Positions 34,400-42,229 of a DNA stretch of 44,707 nt are shown here, one piece after another; position 1 is the first letter of the stretch, and every line of letters starts with the position of its first letter. A model generated the notes under the pieces. That model ran no database searches and was not told where the DNA came from. It was given only the letters and a program-made list of their open reading frames with translations. The stretch spans positions 1-44,707 of the IMG/VR virus record IMGVR_UViG_3300010965_000004; one strand, given 5' to 3'. Position numbers and translations under genes: made by a program. The DNA is from a virus. Lineage: Duplodnaviria; Heunggongvirae; Uroviricota; Caudoviricetes.

Positions 34400-34499
34400 A
34401 TTTATTTCCTTTACTTAAAAGTGAAGAAGTAATTTAGTACTTCTTCGTTATTTTGAAAGTAGTCTTTCAACTACTCTCGAATCCTTATATTGCTATACT

Positions 34500-34509
34500 T
34501 ATTTTAACA
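34500..34509 (-). promoter_or_regulatory. Candidate late promoter TGTTAAAATA
   Basis: Intergenic motif about 100 nt upstream of the decoration/capsid genes. Confidence 0.55.
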
Positions 34510-34543
34510 CCGTTTTTAATTGTGTGAAAATATTTATTTGATC

Positions 34544-35038
34544 TTATCTTTTGTTGGCTTTATCAGCTTGTTCTTGTTTCCATTCTTTAGCAAAGTCTTT
34601 TACAGAATTATGAGTTGATCTCCAGCCACCGTGAACACCTCCGGCTATTACTCCAAGGCCACCGCCAATAGCTCCACCAATAGTAGCTCCTTCTCCACTT
34701 CTTGTAATCAACCCACCTAGTCCAGCTCCTATAGCTCCACCAACGCCAGCTCCACCAAGGCCTTCTACTATTCCTCGTCCTTGAGCTCTAGCTTCTGATC
34801 TAATACCTTCATCAAGCACGTCTTTCACTTTTGTTTCATTACCAGTAATACGAGTTTTTAGTTTGGCCAAAGCATGGCTTCTACCAGCAACGCTTCCAGC
34901 TATTCCTCCAATTACGGGAACTACCATTCCGCCTACCACTCCGCCACCAGCACCAGTCCAATAGGTTCTAGTACCGGCGTTATGTAGTTCTTCTTTGGAA
35001 AGATCCCTAGCAATTTTCTCTAAATATTTGTTATTCAT
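34544..35038 (-). CDS. Glycine-zipper protein with NKYLEKIA tag
   Basis: Begins MNNKYLEKIAR; GxxxG runs (GAGVGGAIGAGLGG, GGAIGGGLGVIAGG). Confidence 0.8.
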   Translation of the reverse strand: MNNKYLEKIARDLSKEELHNAGTRTYWTGAGGGVVGGMVVPVIGGIAGSVAGRSHALAKLKTRITGNETKVKDVLDEGIRSEARAQGRGIVEGLGGAGVGGAIGAGLGGLITRSGEGATIGGAIGGGLGVIAGGVHGGWRSTHNSVKDFAKEWKQEQADKANKR

Positions 35039-35247
35039 TTCTTCTCCAATAGTTCTAATATTTTTCTAGCGTAAATTCTATCTTGTTCTTTACTTTCTTC
35101 AGACAAATCTGTCTAGGGAACAAATAGTTTTTCCCATCGTTCTTTACGAGCTTTAGAAATTCCAGATTCTGACTTTAAAAGAGCTTTAGCCCATTCAACC
35201 CATTGGTCATGTTCTAAGCTTGCTAATTGTTCCAGGTACTTGTTCAC
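35035..35247 (-). pseudogene. NKYLEQLA-tagged RyR-domain-like protein interrupted by TAG at codon 45
   Basis: GTG start; LASLEHDQW..W...RW..LFVP*TDLSEESKEQDR, where the RyR-repeat consensus has VPY..L.E.EK..DR; TAG at 35113-35115. Confidence 0.6.
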
Positions 35248-35249
35248 AA

Positions 35250-35732
35250 TTAGCTAAGAATAAACTCTAGTAACGCATCTGTTTTTTCCCTAGGAATCCC
35301 TACTCCGCCACCCATTTCATAAGGCTGGGAACCAGTACTAGCAACTTTAGTAATTAAAGTTTCCGGTAGTTGGGACATCATTTCAATTTCTTCTGGAGAA
35401 AAACCAATAGAAGCTAATTTACTTTGTGGGGACTCATCACTTGCTTGTTTAATAATAGGAGCAGTAGCCGTTTTTTGTAATTCGGCAATCATCTCTTCTT
35501 GTTGCTCAATTAATTCCGCCGCTTTTTCAAAGGCAAGGATATTAGCCATAATACTATATAGCTTGGAATCAGATTCACAAGCTTCCTGGATTAAGCTAGC
35601 AGCTTTTTCAAAAGCTACTCCCCCTTTAACTAAAGCAGTAATGCCAGAACTTGAAAATGAGGTTACATAATCAGTGTAAGCTTTCTTCTCTAATTCAGCA
35701 GCTTGTTTTAGTAGTTTTGTTGTTTGATTCAT
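35250..35732 (-). CDS. Head/scaffold-associated protein rich in K-x-A motifs
   Basis: LKQAA, EKKAY, EKAAS, EKAAE, QKTAT, IKQAS, SKLAS, TKVAS. Confidence 0.7.
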   Translation of the reverse strand: MNQTTKLLKQAAELEKKAYTDYVTSFSSSGITALVKGGVAFEKAASLIQEACESDSKLYSIMANILAFEKAAELIEQQEEMIAELQKTATAPIIKQASDESPQSKLASIGFSPEEIEMMSQLPETLITKVASTGSQPYEMGGGVGIPREKTDALLEFILS

Positions 35733-35977
35733 TATTCTTTTACCTTTCCGTGAAGGCTAGTTTTAATAGCTGCTAGTCCAGCTGCTGCACCAGCAACTTG
35801 AGTTCCTAAAAAAGTACCCAAACCAGCTCTACCATATTTTTTGCCTATTAGATGTCCTACATATCCACCGGCAGCTTCTGCTGGTAGAGATGCTATTCCA
35901 TGAGCAATAAAGGTTTTACCAACCTGTTTATTTTCTTCGCTCAGATGTAGAGCTATTTTTTCTAAGTATTTATTCAT
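35732..35977 (-). CDS. Small Gly/Ala-rich protein with NKYLEKIA tag
   Basis: Begins MNKYLEKIAL. Confidence 0.8.
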   Translation of the reverse strand: MNKYLEKIALHLSEENKQVGKTFIAHGIASLPAEAAGGYVGHLIGKKYGRAGLGTFLGTQVAGAAAGLAAIKTSLHGKVKE

Positions 35978-36012
35978 AAAAAGAGGGGAGGGTTTATCCT
36001 CCCCCGTCTTTT
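35978..36012 (-). terminator. Intrinsic terminator
   Basis: GGGGAGG/CCTCCCC stem flanked by A and T runs. Confidence 0.7.
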
Positions 36013-36385
36013 AGTTACCATAAAGTTCTTGTTCGGCCTGCTTGGTTAATTCAACTGCTGTGTCAAAGTCAATACCTGAGTCTAGTAATCGCTGCACACA
36101 AGCTTGCTTTTCTCTTCCACGTAAAGCCAATGCACCGGCTCCGGCTCCAATGGCAGCAGCAGCTGTCCCTGCTTGAAGAGCCTTATTTCGGCCAACAGCT
36201 TTTATAGTTGAGGCAGTACCTTTTGTGAAAATACCATTAGCTTTAGCGGCTGCGCCAACATTTTGGAGTTGGCCCTTTAAGGCACCAGCGTCCGCTTTTA
36301 TAGCACCACCAACAGCTTTAGCAGCATTAATTGTACTGTTAACTAGACCAGCATTTTTTTCAATTTGTTCTAAGAAGATATTCAT
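36011..36385 (-). CDS. Ala/Gly-rich protein with C-terminal GIDFD module
   Basis: Begins MNIFLEQIEKNAG; EKQACVQRLLDSGIDFDTAVELTKQAE. Confidence 0.75.
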   Translation of the reverse strand: MNIFLEQIEKNAGLVNSTINAAKAVGGAIKADAGALKGQLQNVGAAAKANGIFTKGTASTIKAVGRNKALQAGTAAAAIGAGAGALALRGREKQACVQRLLDSGIDFDTAVELTKQAEQELYGN

Positions 36386-36399
36386 AATATCCCCTTACC

Positions 36400-37365
36400 T
36401 TACTTGGCAGCAGTTAAATCAGCTTCGGCTTGTTTAATTAAGGCAACTGCTTGATCGAAGTCAATACCCGCTTCAATCAAAGAGCCAAACGCTGCTTGCT
36501 TTTCATGTTCCCAAGCTTCAGAGAGAATTTGTTCTTCTGCTTGCTTAACCAGGTCAACAGCGGAGTCAAAGTCCAGACCAGCTTCACACAGAGCCGAAAC
36601 AGCAGCAGCCTTTTCAACTTGCTCGTCACCGTGGCTAATTGATTCAACACCCATGGGGTCAGTAGGGACCGCTCCAACTAAATTGTCAGAACCAGCACCA
36701 GTAGCAATAGCTTTAGCTACGATTGTTTCAAATAGAGCATTCACCGTACCATCACCACCAGGAACAATACCAGTAACCTTTTGGTCACCTTGGGCGGTCA
36801 TAACAGCGTTGTCTTCTTGGATCTTGTTAGGAACTGCGGCACCAGCAACGTTTACGCCAGCGGCAGGAGTCGTAACTTCAGCCGAAAATTCTTGGGCTAG
36901 CTTTTCCATAATGTAAGCCGCTAGTGAGCTATTTTCTTGTGCTTGTTTGTTCATGTTTTCCTCTGATGTAATAGGAGCTCCAGCTGCAACGCCGTTGCCT
37001 TCGTCTGCTTTTTCGTCTACGCGGTCATCTGAAGTAGCACCACGCCCTAAAGCTTGGTCAACCGTACCTTGTAGAACTTGTTCAACTGTACCTGCCGTTT
37101 CCGTAGGAACAACCTTTTGTTCGTCTTGAGCTTGCATAACTGCGTTATTATCCTGAATTTCAGTCGCTAGTTTTGTTAGCAGTTGACGAGCTAATTCTTC
37201 ACCCTGAGCAAAGGCTTGGGAAGCCAGATTCTCTGAAGCTTTCTTTTCTAAAATGCCAGCAAGTTCTTCAGAAACAGAAGGCGTTACCTGCGTAACAGAA
37301 GCTTTCTTCTCAATCTGCGTATTTTGCTCAAGGCTTTCTAGAAGTTCATTTAAATTTAAGTTCAT
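36400..37365 (-). CDS. Putative scaffolding/core protein
   Basis: Acidic and helical, lies between protease and capsid genes, many K-x-A sites, two GxDFD modules. Confidence 0.6.
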   Translation of the reverse strand: MNLNLNELLESLEQNTQIEKKASVTQVTPSVSEELAGILEKKASENLASQAFAQGEELARQLLTKLATEIQDNNAVMQAQDEQKVVPTETAGTVEQVLQGTVDQALGRGATSDDRVDEKADEGNGVAAGAPITSEENMNKQAQENSSLAAYIMEKLAQEFSAEVTTPAAGVNVAGAAVPNKIQEDNAVMTAQGDQKVTGIVPGGDGTVNALFETIVAKAIATGAGSDNLVGAVPTDPMGVESISHGDEQVEKAAAVSALCEAGLDFDSAVDLVKQAEEQILSEAWEHEKQAAFGSLIEAGIDFDQAVALIKQAEADLTAAK

Positions 37366-37378
37366 GTGTATTACCTTT

Positions 37379-38995
37379 CTAATAATCTGAAGTTAATTTG
37401 GAACCCAAGGAAAATATCCTTAGTAAGTTCGCTAGTTTACCACCAATTCTGGAATCAGGGTTAACTAATAATCTCTTTGTTAATTTTATCCCTACTCTAC
37501 TAGGATCAATACCTGAATGACCATTCTCTTTTTGTTTCTCTGGTAAAGAAGTGATCATAGCTAGTTTGGCCAATTGTGACGTTACCAAACAATCAGATGC
37601 TTTCTTAACTATTACTATTTTAACGTTATTTTGAGGCATTGTTTGTGCCTCTCTTAATTTCTTCTCTATTTGAGTAGTAATAAAGTACTTAGCCAAAAGG
37701 GCAGCTGCCCCAAGACCTAGCAATAGCTTACCTGTGCTAATTTCATTTGCTGCTGGGGCAGTTGCAGGATGCTGTGATCTTACAACTTCCTCATAAGTTG
37801 GTTCTATATGCGGACCATTGCCTGCATACCCTATACCGGAAGAATAGTATGCTCTCTTTTCTATAGCATCGGAAAAGAGAGAAGCACTACCTATATAAGG
37901 TTCAAGGATGGAAGAAATTATAGGGTTAGTTTCAGTAGGCTCTTCAAAACGTATAACCGGGGTCATGGTAGATTCTGGAACTGTATCAAGAAAATTCTTG
38001 ACCACATCCCCAATACCCTCATATCCCTCTCCTAGGTGTTTTCTAGCAATTAACTCAGCTAGGAATTGAACTGAAGGAGAAATACCTAAAGCAGCCATTG
38101 AACAGAAAACCTGGGATAAATCGAATGAGTGTAAGTTTTGAATAGCAGAAAGAGGCAAATCAGAAGCTGCCCCAACGCCTAATCCTTTGTGGGCACCAAC
38201 TACGTAACAGCCATCAGTAATCTCTTTTATCAGTTCTGAGAATTTTTTGAATTCCGCTTTCTTACTTAAAAAGCCTTCTTCCGTAAGCCCTTCGATTTCC
38301 GCCATTTCAGCGGAGCCAATAATATGATCATCAGCTACTTTTTGTAGTATGGAGCTATTAACATCAGCAGGGCGGACGACAATGGAAATATCAAAGAAGG
38401 TCAATGCCCCATTGTTAATGGCAAAGACTTTCTTACCGTCAGGATATAATTTGTTTAGTTGAGAGCTAAGGTGAGTACAATACTCTTGCCTTGAGTGAGC
38501 CTTGTTACCACAAATACTACAAGTGTCGTAAGGAGTTCTAGTTGCCATTGAAGTAGTTGGGTAGTCTCCCATTTGGATACGATCATTGATATCCTCTACC
38601 AAGCTGTCAGGGCACTCACAAATAAGTTCCACTCTATGCATACGTTCGTTATAAACAGAATAGATAACTTTACCATAGGAACGTTTTGGATCTTTGTTTA
38701 TATGACTACGATAAACATATGCCGGAGTCGTTTCAAATGTCTTATAGTATTTTCTCAAGTTCTCTTCTGGAAAAAAGTCCCCGTTCCTGTTCGATGAATA
38801 CCATTCCCCAGCCGTCATAGCGTTAATATGTAAATAGGTATGATTTGGTTTTGGCTGTAAAGTATTTATGTATGTCTGTATGTCTTCATGAGCAGCTTTT
38901 TTTTCCAAACCAGAAGAAAGAGTTTTTAAGTCTATAATAGAGATAGAAGATTCTTCCTCATTATAGAAGGAATCGGATGTTATTAATTTAAGCAT
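37379..38995 (-). CDS. Putative prohead protease with Zn finger and long C-terminal extension
   Basis: NRNGDFF, candidate His in RSHINKD, candidate Ser in TTSMA, CSICGN...YCTH, FFDISIVVRPAD; upstream of scaffold and capsid. Confidence 0.7.
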   Translation of the reverse strand: MLKLITSDSFYNEEESSISIIDLKTLSSGLEKKAAHEDIQTYINTLQPKPNHTYLHINAMTAGEWYSSNRNGDFFPEENLRKYYKTFETTPAYVYRSHINKDPKRSYGKVIYSVYNERMHRVELICECPDSLVEDINDRIQMGDYPTTSMATRTPYDTCSICGNKAHSRQEYCTHLSSQLNKLYPDGKKVFAINNGALTFFDISIVVRPADVNSSILQKVADDHIIGSAEMAEIEGLTEEGFLSKKAEFKKFSELIKEITDGCYVVGAHKGLGVGAASDLPLSAIQNLHSFDLSQVFCSMAALGISPSVQFLAELIARKHLGEGYEGIGDVVKNFLDTVPESTMTPVIRFEEPTETNPIISSILEPYIGSASLFSDAIEKRAYYSSGIGYAGNGPHIEPTYEEVVRSQHPATAPAANEISTGKLLLGLGAAALLAKYFITTQIEKKLREAQTMPQNNVKIVIVKKASDCLVTSQLAKLAMITSLPEKQKENGHSGIDPSRVGIKLTKRLLVNPDSRIGGKLANLLRIFSLGSKLTSDY

Positions 38996-39584
38996 AAAAT
39001 TCCTTAGCCAATTTCTGTAGTTCCTTATCAGTCAAATCTGGCATATCAGGCCAAAATGAATTATGTTTTCTCAGATTTTCTTCAGCTGGTAATATTTGCA
39101 AGTTATTTTCACAATGAAGGCCACACACAAATTTAGATTTTAATGGCACGATGTGATCAACATGATGCTTTTTACCGGTTTGTTGCTCTAGTATTTTACA
39201 TTGAGTAAATACCAAAGTTACCTTTGTTTCACTAGAAAATATAGGTTGGTTAGATTTTTTTATTGCTCTTCGTTTTGAACTTTTAGCAGCATCTTTGTCT
39301 AAATTTGCTAATCTCCATATTTCCTTATTAATATTTCTTTTTTCTTTATCAATTTTGGAAAGAATTTTTTCTTTATTCTTTTGGTAGTAGATGGCCCCAT
39401 TGATGGAAAATTTTTCTTTATTACTTCTGTTCCATTCTAGAGCCTTTATAGATTGACATTTTTTACAATTAGAATAAGGCTGATTGTTTCTTTCTTTCCT
39501 AATAGAAAATTCAGCTAAAGGTTTTTCCTGTTTGCAACAAGTGCAGACTTTTTTACCTTCTGAATATTCTATTTTTTTAGTCAT
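38988..39584 (-). mobile_element. Free-standing HNH endonuclease (paralog 3)
   Basis: CTCC...CKKC plus HHVDHIVPLKSKFVCGLHCENNL. Confidence 0.85.
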
Positions 39585-40100
39585 TTAAATCCTTATTCCT
39601 GGGAATGGTTTAGTATTGTTATTATCTACGTAACGACCTTCTAAGTCAACTAGATTCTTAATCGTCATGGGGTCTATTCCTTCCCCAAGAACAGCATTAG
39701 CAAGAATAGAGCTTAAAAGGTTGGGATCACTAGCAACGTGAGGAGCAAAATGGAAAAGCGTTTCTGCATATTCCCTAGCCTTCTCTGGCTTAGCTCCCTT
39801 AACAACTCTATTAGTAGCCATCACCTGAGCCAAAGACATATCAAACTTATTACGTAGGAAATAGGTCCCTGCAGCAGATGAAGAAGAACTAACTCCCTTA
39901 ACTATAGCTGCTCCTATTAAGGCTGCTCCCAAACTAGCAGCCGCTTTACCCGCATTGGTTGAAACTCCTGAAACAAATCTTTTCCCCATTGCGGGAGTAA
40001 TGCCTAGGAAGGCCTCTTTTTCGAACCCTTTCATAAACTCGTTTACTTCTTCCTCTGAGGCCAGTTTTTCCATAGCCAATTGTCTGATTTTTTCTAACAT
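39585..40100 (-). CDS. Putative head/ejection protein with hydrophobic Gly/Ala segment
   Basis: EKLAS, EKEAF; AAASLGAALIGAAIVKG. Confidence 0.7.
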   Translation of the reverse strand: MLEKIRQLAMEKLASEEEVNEFMKGFEKEAFLGITPAMGKRFVSGVSTNAGKAAASLGAALIGAAIVKGVSSSSSAAGTYFLRNKFDMSLAQVMATNRVVKGAKPEKAREYAETLFHFAPHVASDPNLLSSILANAVLGEGIDPMTIKNLVDLEGRYVDNNNTKPFPGIRI

Positions 40101-40116
40101 ATCTTTCCTTTAGTTA

Positions 40117-40605
40117 TTACTGCTTCGGGGGAAGCAATTCATCTTGTACATTATTTGTAGCTCTTAATTCGCCAACAGTTCCAACTGCCGCTAATCCAGT
40201 AAGGGACTTAGCAATTCCATCCCTATGTAAAAACCAATTAGGCTTAGCTCCACCAAACTGTCCTTTAGCTGCTTCTATTCCTTTTGTTCTTTTAATTTTG
40301 TCAAAGTTCTTTACAGCGGCTTTTATATCAGCTTCACCATGCTCAGTAACTTTTCCAGTGACTTTATCCACTGTCTTTTTTACATTAGTCTGAAACCCAT
40401 TTTTATATGCAGCTCCGCCAAACCCAGTTTTGGGAGTTGATTCAAAAAGTCCTTTAACTGAATCCTTGAGACCGGTTCCAGCTGACTCAACTATATTCCC
40501 TATTTTCTTACCTACTCCTTTTGCAGCTGTTCTGAGCGGGGCTCCTACCGCTGCTCCCAATCCTTGTCCTACTTTATGGCTTGCAGTTTCTGCAGCTGCT
40601 CCCAT
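40117..40605 (-). CDS. Gly/Ala/Lys-rich ORF, probably the C-terminal extension of 40677-41498 via a -1 shift
   Basis: No SD before ATG 40605; the frame stays open upstream through the T9 run (LTKEAGVFG...). Confidence 0.6.
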   Translation of the reverse strand: MGAAAETASHKVGQGLGAAVGAPLRTAAKGVGKKIGNIVESAGTGLKDSVKGLFESTPKTGFGGAAYKNGFQTNVKKTVDKVTGKVTEHGEADIKAAVKNFDKIKRTKGIEAAKGQFGGAKPNWFLHRDGIAKSLTGLAAVGTVGELRATNNVQDELLPPKQ

Positions 40606-40676
40606 TGTTTTTGGAGCCGCTTTAAAAAATCCTTTTGCTGCGCTTGCAATGGTGCCAAAGACACCGGCTTCCTTAG

Positions 40677-41498
40677 TTAAAAAAAAACCTCGGCTCTCTT
40701 AATGAACTCTTGTAGTTCCTTCTCCGTAGCAACAAGTTCTTTGGCTTGTTTGTACAAATCATACACTTCCCTCGCTGGCTGTAAATCTTTGTCAGTGAAA
40801 ACCAGGTTATCAGCAGAAGCTCGTTTCTCTAATCCACACAGAGCTACTGTACAAGCATAATCGTCTTCTAGAACAATTTCAGCCAACTTTTCTAAGCCCA
40901 AAGGATCTTTATGTAGAATACTAGCCGATTCTGCTAACTGTAAATGCAGGCCAATTTTCTCACAAGCAATCTTCTCCAGATTACCCTTAGCCCTAAAGAA
41001 CTCTTTGACCAGCATAGCTTTCTTTTCTTGCTGTTCAGCCTTGTCTTTATCTTCGTCTTTTACTTCTTTATCATCTTTTTTAGAGTCGTCATCGTCTTTC
41101 TTAGCCCAAGGAAATCCTCCTTTGGAACCGGAGTCCTTGTCGTCTTTTTTGTCGTCTTTCTTGTCGTCCTTGCCATCTTTCTTTTCCTTCTTTTCGTCTT
41201 TATCGTCTTTGTCTTCGTCATCGGATGCAGTTTTATGCATTTCAGGAACGCACATCTCAATCATAACTTCATTATAATCCGCTACGGGGAACTCAAAGGT
41301 TCTATCCGCAGACTTTTCTAATTGACGAAGATACGCAATAGTATTAGTAGCTTCTATTACTCTCTTTGTCTGATCTGAGTTAAGTTCAAGATCTTGAGCT
41401 TCTTTGGCAATAGCTCCCGAAAGAGAAGCTTGCTTAGTTAGAAACTTAGCTACACAACTTACTGCAATACTTTGTAAACGTTCTGATGTTAATTCCAC
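40677..41498 (-). CDS. Head-associated protein with K/D low-complexity linker
   Basis: TKQAS, EKSAD, HKTAS, EKKAM, EKIAC, EKLAE, EKRAS; ends at G-T9-AA. Confidence 0.75.
   Translation of the reverse strand: MELTSERLQSIAVSCVAKFLTKQASLSGAIAKEAQDLELNSDQTKRVIEATNTIAYLRQLEKSADRTFEFPVADYNEVMIEMCVPEMHKTASDDEDKDDKDEKKEKKDGKDDKKDDKKDDKDSGSKGGFPWAKKDDDDSKKDDKEVKDEDKDKAEQQEKKAMLVKEFFRAKGNLEKIACEKIGLHLQLAESASILHKDPLGLEKLAEIVLEDDYACTVALCGLEKRASADNLVFTDKDLQPAREVYDLYKQAKELVATEKELQEFIKRAEVFF
41137..41172. repeat. Three imperfect 12-bp tandem repeats encoding KDDK units
   Basis: TTGTCGTCTTTT, TTGTCGTCTTTC, TTGTCGTCCTTG. Confidence 0.7.
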
Positions 41499-41500
41499 AG

Positions 41501-42226
41501 TTATTCCTTTATCTCTTCTAAGTTTTCTAAGCTGTCTATGCTTGGAAAATCAATCGGTATTGACCCGTCCATTTGACCGCTAATAATTGCATCTAAACTG
41601 CCAAACTCCGGTACAACTTCTCGTATTGCTATCTCTAGATCTTTCTTGGCTGCTGAGGAGTCCATAACCCAAAGTTTTAGTAATCTCGCTATGTCTGTAG
41701 AGAGTTTAACCCATTTTGTACTTTCCTTGCTAGTGTCACTAACACTGGGGTTAAACATTGCTTCTTTCGATTTAAACATACAGGTGGAGAACAAATCTAC
41801 TAAACCTTCTACTGGAGAAATGGAAACTTTCTTACCTAGTCTCCATGCTAAAAAATCTAGACCTTGAGTTAAGGTCCACATTTTCATTAAAGCTTCATTA
41901 GTAGTCCAGTCTCTTCCCTCTTTTTTTACCTTATCAATATGTTCAATTTTACTAAGTCTGTCCCACCCAGCTACATCAAAGAAAAATTCCATGTACACTT
42001 CAACTATTTCGACCGGTGTTTCTAACAGTTCGGAAACTGCTTTAGAATCATAGGTGTGCAGTAAGGCCGACTCAATATAAGACTTTTTTAGTTTGCTTTT
42101 GAATAATCCTTCAGCTTTGCTATAGAGTAAGGCTAGGTCCCCACCGGGGTTGTTTATTATTTCATCAACCCTTATGTCTAAACCTAGTGTCTTATTCGTA
42201 ACTAATACTGACTTTTCCCTTAACAT
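41501..42226 (-). CDS. Hypothetical protein
   Basis: 241-aa ORF in the head block. Confidence 0.7.
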   Translation of the reverse strand: MLREKSVLVTNKTLGLDIRVDEIINNPGGDLALLYSKAEGLFKSKLKKSYIESALLHTYDSKAVSELLETPVEIVEVYMEFFFDVAGWDRLSKIEHIDKVKKEGRDWTTNEALMKMWTLTQGLDFLAWRLGKKVSISPVEGLVDLFSTCMFKSKEAMFNPSVSDTSKESTKWVKLSTDIARLLKLWVMDSSAAKKDLEIAIREVVPEFGSLDAIISGQMDGSIPIDFPSIDSLENLEEIKE

Positions 42227-42229
42227 TTA

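Noticed and set aside
30764-35115. Genome-wide stop-codon reassignment suggested by the internal TGA and TAG
   Set aside because: Nearly all long genes are intact under code 11 and both TAG and TGA terminate well-defined genes; the two cases involve different codons.
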